DNA from: Escherichia coli
GTDB taxonomy: Bacteria; Pseudomonadota; Gammaproteobacteria; Enterobacterales; Enterobacteriaceae
Assembly: GCF_009931435.1 (NCBI RefSeq)
Contig: NZ_CP043414.1
Length of the DNA: 64,000 nt
Direction: 5' to 3' (one strand)
Part shown: in pieces, positions 28,341 through 41,757 of the stretch
How positions within the stretch are numbered: position 1 is the stretch's first letter
How the letters are laid out: every line of letters begins with the position of its first letter
Program-made: the position numbers and the translations under genes
Notes under the pieces: generated by a model
Databases searched by the model: none
The model's input: only the letters and a program-made list of their open reading frames with translations
What the model was told of the DNA's origin: nothing

Positions 28341-28372
28341 ACCCGCAGAAATCATTCTGCGGGTATTAAGTT
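28341..28372 (+). terminator. Putative ast operon terminator hairpin (acccgcag...ctgcgggt)
   Basis: 8-bp stem directly after the astE stop, followed by a T-rich stretch. Confidence 0.5.
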
Positions 28373-28664
28373 ACTTTCTTATAAATTAATACAGATTAAT
28401 CCTGGTTATTTGCTTTATTTATCACCAGTCATCCGGTATAGTTCTTCATAATCTCTGCAAAATCATCATGTTGTAATATTCTCTCATCACTCTCCATCAA
28501 ATTTTCTTTTTTTCTCCATAATTGGCGCAAAAGTGTTTTTTACACTTTCATTGTTTTACCGTTGCTCTGATTAATTGACGCTAAAATCAGTAAAGTTAAT
28601 CTCGTCAACACGGCACGCTACTTAAGAAAGCCGTAATAAATAACTGAAAGGAAGGATATAGAAT

Positions 28665-29150
28665 ATGCGTAAATTAACTGCACTGTTTGTTGCCTCTACC
28701 CTGGCTCTTGGCGCGGCTAACCTGGCCCATGCCGCAGACACCACTACCGCAGCACCGGCTGACGCGAAGCCGATGATGCACCACAAAGGCAAGTTCGGTC
28801 CGCATCAAGACATGATGTTCAAAGACCTTAACCTGACCGACGCGCAGAAACAGCAGATCCGCGAAATCATGAAAGGCCAGCGTGACCAGATGAAACGTCC
28901 GCCGCTGGAAGAACGCCGCGCAATGCATGACATCATTGCCAGCGATACCTTCGATAAAGCAAAAGCTGAAGCGCAGATCGCAAAAATGGAAGAACAGCGC
29001 AAAGCTAACATGCTGGCGCACATGGAAACCCAGAACAAGATTTACAACATCCTGACGCCGGAACAGAAAAAGCAATTTAATGCTAATTTTGAGAAGCGTC
29101 TGACAGAACGTCCAGCGGCAAAAGGTAAAATGCCTGCAACTGCTGAATAA
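28665..29150 (+). CDS. spy: Periplasmic chaperone Spy
   Basis: 161-aa product MRKLTALFVASTLALGAANLAHA... Confidence 0.95.
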   Translation: MRKLTALFVASTLALGAANLAHAADTTTAAPADAKPMMHHKGKFGPHQDMMFKDLNLTDAQKQQIREIMKGQRDQMKRPPLEERRAMHDIIASDTFDKAKAEAQIAKMEEQRKANMLAHMETQNKIYNILTPEQKKQFNANFEKRLTERPAAKGKMPATAE

Positions 29151-29170
29151 TCTTTCAGCCAAAAAACTTA

Positions 29171-29236
29171 AGACCGCCGGTCTTGTCCACTACCTTGCAG
29201 TAATGCGGTGGACAGGATCGGCGGTTTTCTTTTTTG
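29171..29236 (+). terminator. Intrinsic terminator downstream of spy
   Basis: Long imperfect stem (agaccgccggtcttgtccac ... gtggacaggatcggcggtt) followed by ttttcttttttg. Confidence 0.7.
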
Positions 29237-29274
29237 TTCTCAAACAGATGCAAAAAAAGCCTGATCGCCACTAA

Positions 29275-30775
<1,501 letters not shown>

Positions 30776-30790
30776 TGTTGACTCCGAGTG

Positions 30791-30806
30791 CTGGTTATCT
30801 ATCCAG
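30791..30806. promoter_or_regulatory. Non-canonical LexA (SOS) box CTGG-N8-CCAG upstream of cho
   Basis: ctggttatctatccag lies 16-31 bp upstream of the cho start; cho is a known SOS gene with a degenerate box. Confidence 0.5.
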
Positions 30807-30932
30807 TGTAACAGGCGGGGAGCGATTAAAAAAGAGGCGGGTCGATGACAAAGGTTACACCATGAGACGTGCTACGCCTGTCAGGCCTATTCGACTCCTG
30901 CAATGTATTGAATTTGCATAGTTTTGTAGGTT

Positions 30933-30965
30933 GAATAAGGCGTTCACGCCGCATCCGGCGTGAAC
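30933..30965. repeat. REP element
   Basis: gaataaggcgttcacgccgcatccggcgtgaac matches the REP core; between cho and nadE. Confidence 0.6.
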
Positions 30966-31003
30966 AAAGTACTCTTTTTCGCACAAACCAAATGTGCAAA
31001 TTA

Positions 31004-31831
31004 TTACTTTTTCCAGAAATCATCGAAAACGGTAATTGGCGGACGGCGTTTATGTTCGGTTTTCAGATACCAGTTCTCTATTGTTCTGGCGACCTGTTCA
31101 GGTAGGTTTTTCCCTTCCAGATAGTCGTCGATATTGTCATAGGTCACGCCGAGTGCCACTTCATCTGGCAGAGAAGGGCGATCATCTTCCAGATCGGCCG
31201 TTGGGGCTTTCTTATAAAGATGTTCCGGACAACCTAATGCCGCCAGTAACTGTTTACCCTGACGTTTGTTGAGGCGATACAGCGGATTAATGTCCGTACC
31301 GCCGTCACCATATTTAGTGAAGAATCCGGTAATGGCTTCTGCTGCATGATCGGTGCCCACCACGACACCGCTGGTCATACCCGCAATGCTATATTGTGCT
31401 TTCATCCGCTCACGCGCTTTTTCATTGCCACGGACAAAATCACTTAATTCAACACCCGCTTCGCGCAGCGCCTGTTCGCTGGCCAATACCGCGCCCTTGA
31501 TATTAACGGTTAATACGCGATCCGGTTGAATAAAGGCAATGGCATCCTGACAATCTTGTTCGTCGGCCTGAACACCATAGGGCAGGCGTACGGCAATAAA
31601 TTGCAGCGATTCGTTGCCGGTTTCCTGGCGCAGCTCATTAATCGCCATCTGGCACAGCTTACCGGCAAGCGTGGAGTCCTGACCGCCGCTGATCCCGAGC
31701 ACCAGTGATTTAATGAACGGATAAGTTTGCAGGTAGCTTTTCAGAAAATCGACACTACGACGAATTTCCTCTTCAGCATTAATCTGCGGTTTTGCGCCCA
31801 GCGCCTTTATTATTTGTTGTTGCAATGTCAT
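31004..31831 (-). CDS. nadE: NH3-dependent NAD+ synthetase
   Basis: 275-aa product [31 protein letters not shown]... Confidence 0.95.
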   Translation of the reverse strand: MTLQQQIIKALGAKPQINAEEEIRRSVDFLKSYLQTYPFIKSLVLGISGGQDSTLAGKLCQMAINELRQETGNESLQFIAVRLPYGVQADEQDCQDAIAFIQPDRVLTVNIKGAVLASEQALREAGVELSDFVRGNEKARERMKAQYSIAGMTSGVVVGTDHAAEAITGFFTKYGDGGTDINPLYRLNKRQGKQLLAALGCPEHLYKKAPTADLEDDRPSLPDEVALGVTYDNIDDYLEGKNLPEQVARTIENWYLKTEHKRRPPITVFDDFWKK

Positions 31832-32032
31832 TGAACCCCTCCAGACAGAAAAGACAAAACGTCCTTAAAGCTAACCCGTTGCTACTGAAACGACAAGCGA
31901 CAGCGGGCTGAATGGTGGTTAAAACGTCATACAGGAATCCTCTGAAAGCGGAGCCGTTTCGTTCACGGGCTTGAAAAAGCGCCCAATGTATTCCAGGCTT
32001 ATCTAACACGCTGATAAACAAGAGGACGGAAT

Positions 32033-32371
32033 ATGAACAAGAATATGGCAGGAATTCTGAGTGCAGCGGCGGTATTAACCATGCTGGCGGGTTGTACGGC
32101 TTATGATCGTACCAAAGACCAGTTTGTACAGCCTGTGGTGAAAGACGTCAAAAAAGGCATGAGCCGGGCGCAGGTTGCACAAATTGCGGGTAAACCTTCG
32201 TCTGAAGTGAGCATGATTCATGCTCGTGGTACTTGCCAGACCTACATCCTGGGTCAACGTGATGGTAAAGCAGAAACCTACTTTGTCGCGTTAGATGATA
32301 CCGGACATGTCATCAACTCCGGTTATCAGACCTGTGCTGAATACGACACTGATCCACAGGCTGCGAAGTAA
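32033..32371 (+). CDS. osmE: Osmotically inducible lipoprotein E
   Basis: 112-aa product with lipobox LAGC. Confidence 0.9.
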
Positions 32372-32402
32372 TCACTTCGTCTGAAAGCTTGAGTAACAAC
32401 GG

Positions 32403-32429
32403 AAACCGGCCATTGCGCCGGTTTTTTTT
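32403..32429 (+). terminator. Intrinsic terminator of osmE
   Basis: aaccggccattgcgccggtt followed by eight T's. Confidence 0.8.
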
Positions 32430-32439
32430 GGCCTGTGTT

Positions 32440-32669
32440 CTTAATTATCTTCGCGAATTATTTGCCCGAAATGTGAAGAGGGTCATAACCACAGGTCAAG
32501 GAGAGACAATTTATAAGGTCAAAGAAATACTATTGCTCAGGTCTATACCGTATACTCCTTTCAGCCACAAAAAAAGTCATGTTGGTTTCGCAAGTTACCC
32601 AGAGCATGGAAGCAGGTTAAGGCTTGCGGAGTGTCTGGCTGACAGATAATCGTCGATGAGGGCAGTTTT
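32440..32669 (+). promoter_or_regulatory. chb operon control region (individual sites not resolved)
   Basis: Position upstream of chbB; NagC/ChbR/CRP control is known for this operon; no motif verified here. Confidence 0.35.
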
Positions 32670-32990
32670 ATGGAAAAGAAACACATTTATCTGTTTTGTT
32701 CTGCGGGCATGTCTACCTCTTTACTGGTATCAAAAATGCGCGCACAGGCAGAAAAATATGAAGTTCCGGTCATTATTGAAGCATTTCCGGAAACACTGGC
32801 TGGTGAAAAAGGTCAGAATGCCGATGTCGTGTTATTAGGGCCGCAGATTGCTTATATGTTGCCCGAAATCCAGCGTTTGTTACCCAACAAACCGGTTGAA
32901 GTAATTGACTCGCTGCTTTATGGCAAAGTCGATGGTTTAGGCGTGCTTAAGGCTGCGGTTGCAGCGATTAAAAAAGCCGCAGCAAATTAA
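32670..32990 (+). CDS. chbB: PTS chitobiose-specific EIIB
   Basis: 106-aa product [23 protein letters not shown]... Confidence 0.93.
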   Translation: MEKKHIYLFCSAGMSTSLLVSKMRAQAEKYEVPVIIEAFPETLAGEKGQNADVVLLGPQIAYMLPEIQRLLPNKPVEVIDSLLYGKVDGLGVLKAAVAAIKKAAAN

Positions 32991-33074
32991 TTTATTTTAA
33001 ATTTTCCCGTCAAAGAGTTATTTCATAAATCAATACCGCAATATTTAAATTGCGGTTTTTAAGGGTATTTTTCT

Positions 33075-34433
33075 ATGAGTAATGTTATTGCATCGCTTGA
33101 AAAGGTACTCCTCCCTTTTGCAGTTAAAATAGGAAAGCAGCCACACGTTAATGCAATCAAAAATGGCTTTATTCGCTTAATGCCGTTAACCCTTGCGGGG
33201 GCCATGTTTGTATTAATTAACAACGTTTTTCTAAGCTTTGGGGAGGGGTCGTTTTTTTATTCCTTAGGTATTCGCCTGGATGCCTCAACCATTGAAACAC
33301 TTAATGGTCTGAAAGGTATTGGCGGCAACGTATATAACGGAACATTAGGGATAATGTCTTTAATGGCACCGTTCTTTATTGGCATGGCACTGGCAGAAGA
33401 GCGTAAAGTCGATGCGCTGGCGGCTGGGTTGTTATCCGTTGCAGCATTTATGACCGTCACCCCATATAGTGTCGGTGAGGCCTATGCGGTTGGCGCAAAC
33501 TGGTTAGGTGGGGCGAATATCATCTCCGGGATTATTATTGGCCTGGTGGTGGCAGAAATGTTTACCTTTATTGTCCGCCGTAATTGGGTCATTAAATTGC
33601 CCGACAGCGTACCTGCTTCAGTATCGCGTTCCTTTTCGGCATTAATTCCCGGCTTTATTATTCTTTCCGTGATGGGGATTATTGCCTGGGCGTTGAATAC
33701 CTGGGGTACCAATTTCCATCAGATCATTATGGATACCATCTCAACCCCGCTGGCATCGTTGGGTAGCGTGGTGGGCTGGGCCTATGTGATCTTTGTTCCA
33801 CTGCTCTGGTTCTTTGGTATTCACGGCGCGCTGGCGCTGACCGCACTGGACAACGGCATTATGACGCCGTGGGCGCTGGAAAATATCGCGACCTATCAGC
33901 AATATGGTTCCGTCGAAGCGGCGCTGGCAGCCGGTAAGACCTTCCATATCTGGGCCAAGCCGATGCTGGACTCCTTTATTTTCCTCGGTGGCAGTGGTGC
34001 GACGTTAGGTCTAATTCTGGCTATCTTTATCGCTTCTCGCCGTGCTGATTATCGTCAGGTGGCAAAACTGGCGCTGCCGTCCGGCATCTTCCAGATTAAC
34101 GAACCGATTCTGTTTGGTCTGCCAATTATCATGAACCCGGTGATGTTTATTCCGTTTGTACTGGTACAACCGATTCTGGCGGCAATCACCCTCGCAGCGT
34201 ACTACATGGGCATTATTCCTCCGGTGACCAATATTGCACCGTGGACCATGCCAACCGGTCTGGGAGCCTTCTTTAACACCAACGGTAGCGTCGCTGCATT
34301 GCTGGTCGCACTCTTCAACCTTGGTATCGCAACGTTAATTTATCTGCCCTTTGTTGTGGTGGCTAACAAAGCACAAAACGCGATTGATAAAGAAGAGAGT
34401 GAAGAAGATATTGCTAATGCCCTGAAATTTTAA
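33075..34433 (+). CDS. chbC: PTS chitobiose-specific EIIC
   Basis: 452-aa polytopic membrane protein. Confidence 0.93.
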
Positions 34434-34483
34434 TCGATACCGGTACGGGTAACGCTGTACCGGGAATAAATGAGGAACGATAT

Positions 34484-34834
34484 ATGATGGATCTTGACAA
34501 TATTCCTGATACGCAAACAGAAGCTGAAGAGCTGGAAGAAGTGGTGATGGGACTTATCATCAACTCCGGACAAGCGCGCAGCCTGGCGTATGCCGCACTG
34601 AAACAGGCGAAGCAGGGCGATTTTGCCGCAGCAAAAGCCATGATGGATCAGTCACGGATGGCATTGAATGAAGCGCATCTGGTACAGACGAAACTGATTG
34701 AAGGCGATGCGGGCGAAGGTAAGATGAAAGTGAGTCTGGTGCTGGTCCACGCTCAGGATCATTTAATGACGTCCATGCTTGCGCGTGAACTGATTACTGA
34801 ATTAATTGAGCTTCATGAAAAACTGAAGGCATAA
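34484..34834 (+). CDS. chbA: PTS chitobiose-specific EIIA
   Basis: 116-aa product. Confidence 0.93.
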
Positions 34835-34841
34835 GGAGTCG

Positions 34842-35683
34842 ATGATGCAGCCAGTGATTAACGCGCCGGAAATTGCCACTGCCCGAGAACAGCAGTTGTT
34901 TAATGGCAAAACTTCCATGTGTTTATCTACAACAAAACTGAGAGTATCAGCGGACTGCATCAGCACGACTATTATGAATTTACTCTGGTATTAACCGGGC
35001 GTTATTTCCAGGAGATTAACGGTAAGCGCGTGTTACTGGAACGGGGCGATTTTGTTTTTATTCCGTTAGGTTCGCACCATCAAAGTTTTTATGAGTTTGG
35101 TGCCACGCGCATATTGAACGTTGGGATCAGTAAACGCTTTTTTGAGCAGCATTACCTGCCGTTGTTGCCTTATTGCTTTGTTGCTTCACAGGTATACCGG
35201 ACCAATAATGCTTTTCTCACCTATGTGGAAACAGTGATTTCTTCATTGAATTTCCGTGAAACAGGGCTGGAAGAGTTTGTTGAGATGGTTACTTTTTATG
35301 TCATTAACCGTTTACGTCATTACCGCGAAGAACAGGTGATTGATGATGTACCGCAGTGGCTGAAAAGTACGGTAGAAAAGATGCATGATAAAGAGCAGTT
35401 TAGTGAATCGGCGCTGGAGAATATGGTGACGTTGTCAGCCAAATCACAGGAATATTTGACGCGAGCGACCCAACGATATTATGGCAAAACGCCAATGCAG
35501 ATTATTAATGAAATCCGTATTAATTTTGCCAAAAAACAACTGGAAATGACTAACTATTCAGTGACAGACATTGCGTTTGAGGCCGGTTATAGTAGCCCGA
35601 GTTTGTTTATTAAAACGTTTAAGAAATTAACGTCCTTTACGCCTAAGAGCTATCGTAAGAAATTGACTGAATTTAATCAGTAA
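34842..35683 (+). pseudogene. chbR: chbR (AraC-family chb regulator) with an apparent -1 frameshift in an A-run at 34908-34911
   Basis: Frame A from ATG 34842 (AGGAG RBS) gives [23 protein letters not shown] and stops after 49 codons; the ChbR-like body ([25 protein letters not shown]... with C-terminal HTH) continues in the -1 frame from 34919. Confidence 0.7.
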
Positions 35684-35785
35684 GTCGTTATACCTGACAA
35701 TTAACATATCTGTCCTGTTGCTGGATTATTTATGTCCGGGGGCAGATATGCCAGATATCAGTATTCTGTACTGAAGGGAGAAATT

Positions 35786-37138
35786 ATGAGCCAGAAATTA
35801 AAAGTCGTCACTATTGGTGGCGGGAGCAGCTATACCCCGGAGTTACTGGAAGGATTTATTAAGCGTTATCACGAATTACCTGTCAGCGAATTATGGCTGG
35901 TGGATGTTGAAGGTGGTAAAGCTAAACTTGATATTATTTTTGATCTCTGCCAACGGATGATTGATAACGCTGGCGTCCCGATGAAGCTTTATAAAACGCT
36001 GGATCGCCGCGAAGCATTGAAAGATGCTGATTTCGTTACTACCCAACTGCGCGTAGGCCAATTACCGGCGCGCGAACTGGATGAACGTATTCCATTAAGT
36101 CATGGTTATCTTGGTCAGGAAACTAACGGTGCGGGCGGTTTGTTTAAAGGTCTGCGTACCATTCCGGTGATTTTTGACATCGTAAAAGATGTCGAAGAAC
36201 TTTGTCCGAATGCATGGGTGATTAACTTTACTAACCCGGCGGGAATGGTCACTGAAGCCGTCTATCGTCATACCGGATTTAAACGCTTTATCGGCGTGTG
36301 TAATATTCCGATCGGCATGAAGATGTTTATTCGCGATGTTCTGACTCTGAAAGACAGCGATGATTTATCTATCGATTTGTTCGGCCTCAACCATATGGTG
36401 TTCATTAAGGATGTGCTGGTAAATGGCAAATCACGCTTTTCCGAATTGCTTGATGGTGTGGCATCCGGGCAGTTAAAAGCATCTGGCGTTAAAAATATTT
36501 TCGATCTGCCATTTAGCGAAGGCTTAATTCGTTCTCTGAATCTGTTGCCGTGTTCTTATTTGCTTTATTACTTCAAGCAAAAAGAGATGCTGGCTATTGA
36601 AATGGGCGAATACTACAAAGGCGGCGCACGTGCGCAGGTAGTACAGAAAGTCGAGAAACAACTTTTTGAGCTATATAAAAACCCGGAGTTGAATGTTAAG
36701 CCGAAAGAGCTGGAACAGCGCGGTGGGGCTTATTACTCTGATGCAGCGTGCGAAGTGATCAACGCTATCTACAACGACAAGCAAGCAGAACATTACGTTA
36801 ATATCCCGCATCATGGGCATATTGATAATATTCCGGCAGACTGGGCGGTAGAAATGACCTGTACGCTGGGGCGCGATGGCGCGACGCCACATCCGCGCAT
36901 TACGCATTTCGATGATAAAGTGATGGGGCTGATTCACACCATCAAAGGTTTCGAGATTGCTGCCAGCAACGCCGCACTTAGCGGGGAATTTAACGATGTG
37001 TTACTGGCGCTAAACCTTAGTCCGTTGGTGCATTCCGATCGCGATGCTGAGCTGCTGGCACGCGAGATGATTCTGGCGCACGAGAAATGGCTGCCAAATT
37101 TTGCCGACTGCATCGCAGAGCTTAAAAAAGCACATTAA
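35786..37138 (+). CDS. chbF: 6-phospho-beta-glucosidase (GH4)
   Basis: 450-aa product MSQKLKVVTIGGGSSYTPELL... Confidence 0.95.
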   Translation: MSQKLKVVTIGGGSSYTPELLEGFIKRYHELPVSELWLVDVEGGKAKLDIIFDLCQRMIDNAGVPMKLYKTLDRREALKDADFVTTQLRVGQLPARELDERIPLSHGYLGQETNGAGGLFKGLRTIPVIFDIVKDVEELCPNAWVINFTNPAGMVTEAVYRHTGFKRFIGVCNIPIGMKMFIRDVLTLKDSDDLSIDLFGLNHMVFIKDVLVNGKSRFSELLDGVASGQLKASGVKNIFDLPFSEGLIRSLNLLPCSYLLYYFKQKEMLAIEMGEYYKGGARAQVVQKVEKQLFELYKNPELNVKPKELEQRGGAYYSDAACEVINAIYNDKQAEHYVNIPHHGHIDNIPADWAVEMTCTLGRDGATPHPRITHFDDKVMGLIHTIKGFEIAASNAALSGEFNDVLLALNLSPLVHSDRDAELLAREMILAHEKWLPNFADCIAELKKAH

Positions 37139-37909
<771 letters not shown>

Positions 37910-37919
37910 GTAAGGTGGT

Positions 37920-37947
37920 AAGGTCACTCCCCAGGGGGCGTGACCTT
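37920..37947. terminator. Hairpin between convergent chbG and katE (aggtcac tccccagggggc gtgacct)
   Basis: Read from sequence; palindromic loop. Confidence 0.55.
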
Positions 37948-37955
37948 ATCCATAT

Positions 37956-40217
37956 TTACGCCGGGATTTTGTCAATCTTAGGAATGCGTGACCACACGCG
38001 GTGTGCTGCCATCAGCGTTAACAGTTCATCCATAAAACTACCATCGGCGCTGTCAGCTTCCACCATCCCTTCTTCACCCTGGTCAGCGACCTTGATTGTT
38101 GCTTTAAACTTGCGCGCGTCTCCCGCCAGCGCAATCGGTTTAAGGTGTTTGTAGGCTTCCATCAGGTAGTAGTTGGCATCGCCGTTGTCAGCGATATCCG
38201 CGATATTGCCGCAAGGGACAATAACCGCATCGACCGTCAGCGAAGGCGCTCCGGCAAATGTAGCGGCTATAGGCAGCACCGTACCGTCATCCGCAGTCAC
38301 TTCACCCATTCGGGAGTAGAGCAGTTTGGCATGAACGCCTTTGGCCTTCAGCGCCTTGAGAATGGTCAGAAGGTCTGCCGATCTCACTTCACCATTAAGC
38401 AAAATCGCTACCACGCGACCTTTTACATCACCGTCAGGAATGGCGTACAGACTTAAGGATGGATCCTTTTTCAGACCGTTGACGTCCGGAGGCGGGGTGA
38501 TATTCAGCTGGTCGTCAGTCAGTTCGATACCGAGATTTTTCGCCACCGCCTGGGCCAGAGTGAGATCAATATGCGCCAGCTGGTCAACAACGCGCTCACG
38601 AATATACGGACGAACTACTTTGCTTAACTCAAAGCTGAAACCATCGACAATATGGCGCTGCTCGAATGGCGTCTGACTTAGCCAGAACAGGCGCGGATGG
38701 GAATAATATTCGCCAAACGATGGACTGCGCTCGCGAACTTTATTTCCTTCCATGCGTTCCTGGTATGATTCAAAACCGCCACGTTTCGGCCCTGGCGGTG
38801 TTTCGCGCGGCCAGTTATCGTTGATCGAGTTCGGTTCGTAATTCGCCGGGTTAGTGTCGATCCCCATACGATGCATGCCGTCACGCTGGAAATTATGGTA
38901 AGGGCAGGTCGGGCGGTTAATCGGAATCTCATGGAAATTTGGTCCGCCAAGACGACTGATTTGTGTATCGGTATAAGAGAACAAACGCCCCTGCAACAGC
39001 GGATCGTTGGTGAAATCCAGACCGGGGACAATATGCCCAGGATGGAAAGCCGCCTGTTCGTTTTCGGCAAAGAAGTTATCCGGATTACGATTAAGCACCA
39101 TTTTGCCAACACGCTGAACGGGCACCAGTTCTTCCGGGATAAGTTTAGTTGGATCAAGAAGGTCGAAGTCGAACTTAAATTCATCTTCTTCAGGAATCAA
39201 CTGGAAGCCCAGTTCGTATTCCGGGAAATCGCCTGCTTCGATGGCTTCCCACAACTCGCGGCGGTGGAAGTCCGGGTCACGTCCGGTTAGTTTTTGTGCT
39301 TCATCCCAAACCAGTGAGGCTTTACCGGCCAATGGTTTCCAGTGGAAACGTACGAACGTCGCTTTCCCTTCGGCATTAATCAGGCGGAAGGTGTGAATAC
39401 CGAAGCCTTCCATGGTGCGATAGCTGCGCGGGATACCACGATCCGACATGGCCCACATCACGTTATGCAGAGTTTCAGGTTGCAGAGAAACATAATCCCA
39501 GAAAGTATCGTGGGCGCTTTGCCCTTGTGGAATTGCCCAGTGTGGTTCTGGTTTTACCGCATGAACAAAATCGGGGAATTTATGCGCATCCTGGATAAAG
39601 AAGATTGGCGTGTTATTGCCAACAAGGTCAAAAATACCCTCTTCGGTATAGAACTTGGTGGCAAAGCCACGGATATCACGCACGGTATCGGCAGAGCCAG
39701 CACCACCCTGAACGGTAGAGAAACGTACAAATACTGGGGTGATTTTGTTCGGATCTGAGAGGAAATCCGCTTTGGTAATATCGCTTAAGCTTTTATATGG
39801 CTGGAAATAACCGTGAGCGGCTGATCCGCGTGCATGAACAATACGTTCCGGGATGCGCTCATGGTCAAAGTGAGTGATTTTCTCGCGCAGAATAAAATCT
39901 TCCAGCAGTGTTGGGCCACGGCTACCGGCGCGTAGGGAGTTTTGATCATCGGCGATGCGTACACCCTGGTTGGTGGTCAGTGCATAATTTTCACTGCCTT
40001 TACGCACGTCCTCCAGGGAGTTCAGCTTTTCATTACGTGTATCAGGGGCTTTCAGACTCCCTGGCGCGGTTGGCTGCGCTCCCGGTGGCGTCGGTTCAGC
40101 CGCTGGACGATGGGAACCGTCCTCAGGTGCCAGTGAGTCCATCCCCGGTTTCGCTTCGCTGGAATCGTGTAGTGGTGACTGGTGCTGATGTGGGTTCTTT
40201 TCGTTATGTTGCGACAT
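37956..40217 (-). CDS. katE: Catalase HPII
   Basis: 753-aa product [36 protein letters not shown]... Confidence 0.97.
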   Translation of the reverse strand: MSQHNEKNPHQHQSPLHDSSEAKPGMDSLAPEDGSHRPAAEPTPPGAQPTAPGSLKAPDTRNEKLNSLEDVRKGSENYALTTNQGVRIADDQNSLRAGSRGPTLLEDFILREKITHFDHERIPERIVHARGSAAHGYFQPYKSLSDITKADFLSDPNKITPVFVRFSTVQGGAGSADTVRDIRGFATKFYTEEGIFDLVGNNTPIFFIQDAHKFPDFVHAVKPEPHWAIPQGQSAHDTFWDYVSLQPETLHNVMWAMSDRGIPRSYRTMEGFGIHTFRLINAEGKATFVRFHWKPLAGKASLVWDEAQKLTGRDPDFHRRELWEAIEAGDFPEYELGFQLIPEEDEFKFDFDLLDPTKLIPEELVPVQRVGKMVLNRNPDNFFAENEQAAFHPGHIVPGLDFTNDPLLQGRLFSYTDTQISRLGGPNFHEIPINRPTCPYHNFQRDGMHRMGIDTNPANYEPNSINDNWPRETPPGPKRGGFESYQERMEGNKVRERSPSFGEYYSHPRLFWLSQTPFEQRHIVDGFSFELSKVVRPYIRERVVDQLAHIDLTLAQAVAKNLGIELTDDQLNITPPPDVNGLKKDPSLSLYAIPDGDVKGRVVAILLNGEVRSADLLTILKALKAKGVHAKLLYSRMGEVTADDGTVLPIAATFAGAPSLTVDAVIVPCGNIADIADNGDANYYLMEAYKHLKPIALAGDARKFKATIKVADQGEEGMVEADSADGSFMDELLTLMAAHRVWSRIPKIDKIPA

Positions 40218-40420
40218 TGAACTCGTCTCCTTAATGTATTACTGAAAGGGCCGCTGTTTTGGTCAAAAAACTCTCTAACTATAGACCACCAGCCAGATCC
40301 CGCTTCGGAGACTATTCTGGAAACGGTGTTATGAAATACACGCAAAGCGGGACGTACAGGGGCTAAATCGGCTAAACTACAGTTTTTCTGATTTTTAATA
40401 TGCGTTTAGTGAAGCCAGTA

Positions 40421-40663
40421 ATGAAGAAACCGCTCCGTCAGCAAAACCGCCAGATTATTAGCTATGTCCCACGCACGGAACCCGCGCCGCCAGAACATGC
40501 GATAAAGATGGATTCGTTTCGTGATGTCTGGATGCTGCGTGGCAAATATGTTGCGTTTGTACTGATGGGAGAGTCATTTCTGCGCTCACCGGCGTTTACT
40601 GTGCCTGAATCCGCCCAGCGTTGGGCAAATCAGATCCGCCAGGAAGGGGAAGTGACTGAGTAA
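40421..40663 (+). CDS. cedA: Cell division modulator CedA
   Basis: 80-aa product MKKPLRQQNRQIISYVPRTEPAPPEH... Confidence 0.85.
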   Translation: MKKPLRQQNRQIISYVPRTEPAPPEHAIKMDSFRDVWMLRGKYVAFVLMGESFLRSPAFTVPESAQRWANQIRQEGEVTE

Positions 40664-40938
40664 GGATTACGTACCTCCCGGTTTTGCCGGGTGGTACATG
40701 GCCTGAAATTCTGTATTTCGATGCTACATTCATTCAAATCACCTGTAACAAAAAGCTGCCTTTGACGATCTATTGCTATAAATAAGTGATCTTTTTTCTT
40801 TAATTGTTTATTTATTTTATAATAGTTAAGTTTAGCTAATCAGAATGAGCTATTTTTGATAGTTCATCCTGTGGCGTTGCCATTAAACTTATATTGTAAA
40901 TTGCTTAGATTCAAATGAGATAATAATTTTGTTGAAAT

Positions 40939-41754
40939 ATGAGGTGGGAGATGTTTTCTACAAACTTAATACAGAGTGATTATGGTAATTTAAATATTAA
41001 AAACCTTGCCTTCGACTCTTTTAAAGAAAGGCTGCAGTCTACCATGACAGCACTCACTTTCTTTATATCAACGGGTCAATGTGCCTGCGATGAAATAGCA
41101 GAATCAAACTTCAATTATATGATTACCTATATGTCTAACATTAACTATGATGCCTCAAAGCCAGGAGCGCCAGCACTTAGTTTTGATACATATCTGCAGG
41201 ACAATGTTAAATATAGAGTGATAATTAATAATCTTTATGGTAGTGAAATTAGGATAAGAGGTATTAATGAGAATTTTGTTGGGATGGATTTTACCTGTGA
41301 ATTCCGACCAGAAAAAATGACCAATTTGATCAATATAAAAAACAGGTTGGTTATTCAGTATTTAAGAACGATATACTATGAACAAAATTATATACATCCT
41401 GTTGGGAGCATTTTTGCTGCGATTCAAAAAAATGAGAGTCTCCTAAAGTTTCCTTCGGTAATATCAATGCTTAATGTCAATCTTCTTTTTAATCCACTGA
41501 ATCTTCCGGGAATGGGAAGTGGTGTGCTTGAAGAGATTATGAGTATTTCAGATAGTTCACTTAGAAAACGTCTTGGGTATGAGGTTTTAAGTTTCTCACT
41601 ACAAGCACATTCATTGAGTCAGGAATGTATTGATAAGTTAGCCATTTTTTTCGCTGACGATCTGTTTAAATATGAGTCAGTATGCATCGCCGCGATGGAA
41701 CATTTAAAAAGTAAGGCAACGGCCCCTATACAAAACGGACCGTTGCCAGCATAA
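40939..41754 (+). CDS. ydjO: Uncharacterised protein YdjO (AT-rich gene)
   Basis: 271-aa ORF; visibly AT-rich with AT-rich upstream region. Confidence 0.8.
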   Translation: MRWEMFSTNLIQSDYGNLNIKNLAFDSFKERLQSTMTALTFFISTGQCACDEIAESNFNYMITYMSNINYDASKPGAPALSFDTYLQDNVKYRVIINNLYGSEIRIRGINENFVGMDFTCEFRPEKMTNLINIKNRLVIQYLRTIYYEQNYIHPVGSIFAAIQKNESLLKFPSVISMLNVNLLFNPLNLPGMGSGVLEEIMSISDSSLRKRLGYEVLSFSLQAHSLSQECIDKLAIFFADDLFKYESVCIAAMEHLKSKATAPIQNGPLPA

Positions 41755-41757
41755 GAA

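Noticed and set aside
32389-32649. 86-aa ORF in the osmE-chbB intergenic region
   Set aside because: It starts on a non-ATG codon inside the osmE terminator and runs across the chb control region; no SD, and composition typical of regulatory DNA rather than coding.
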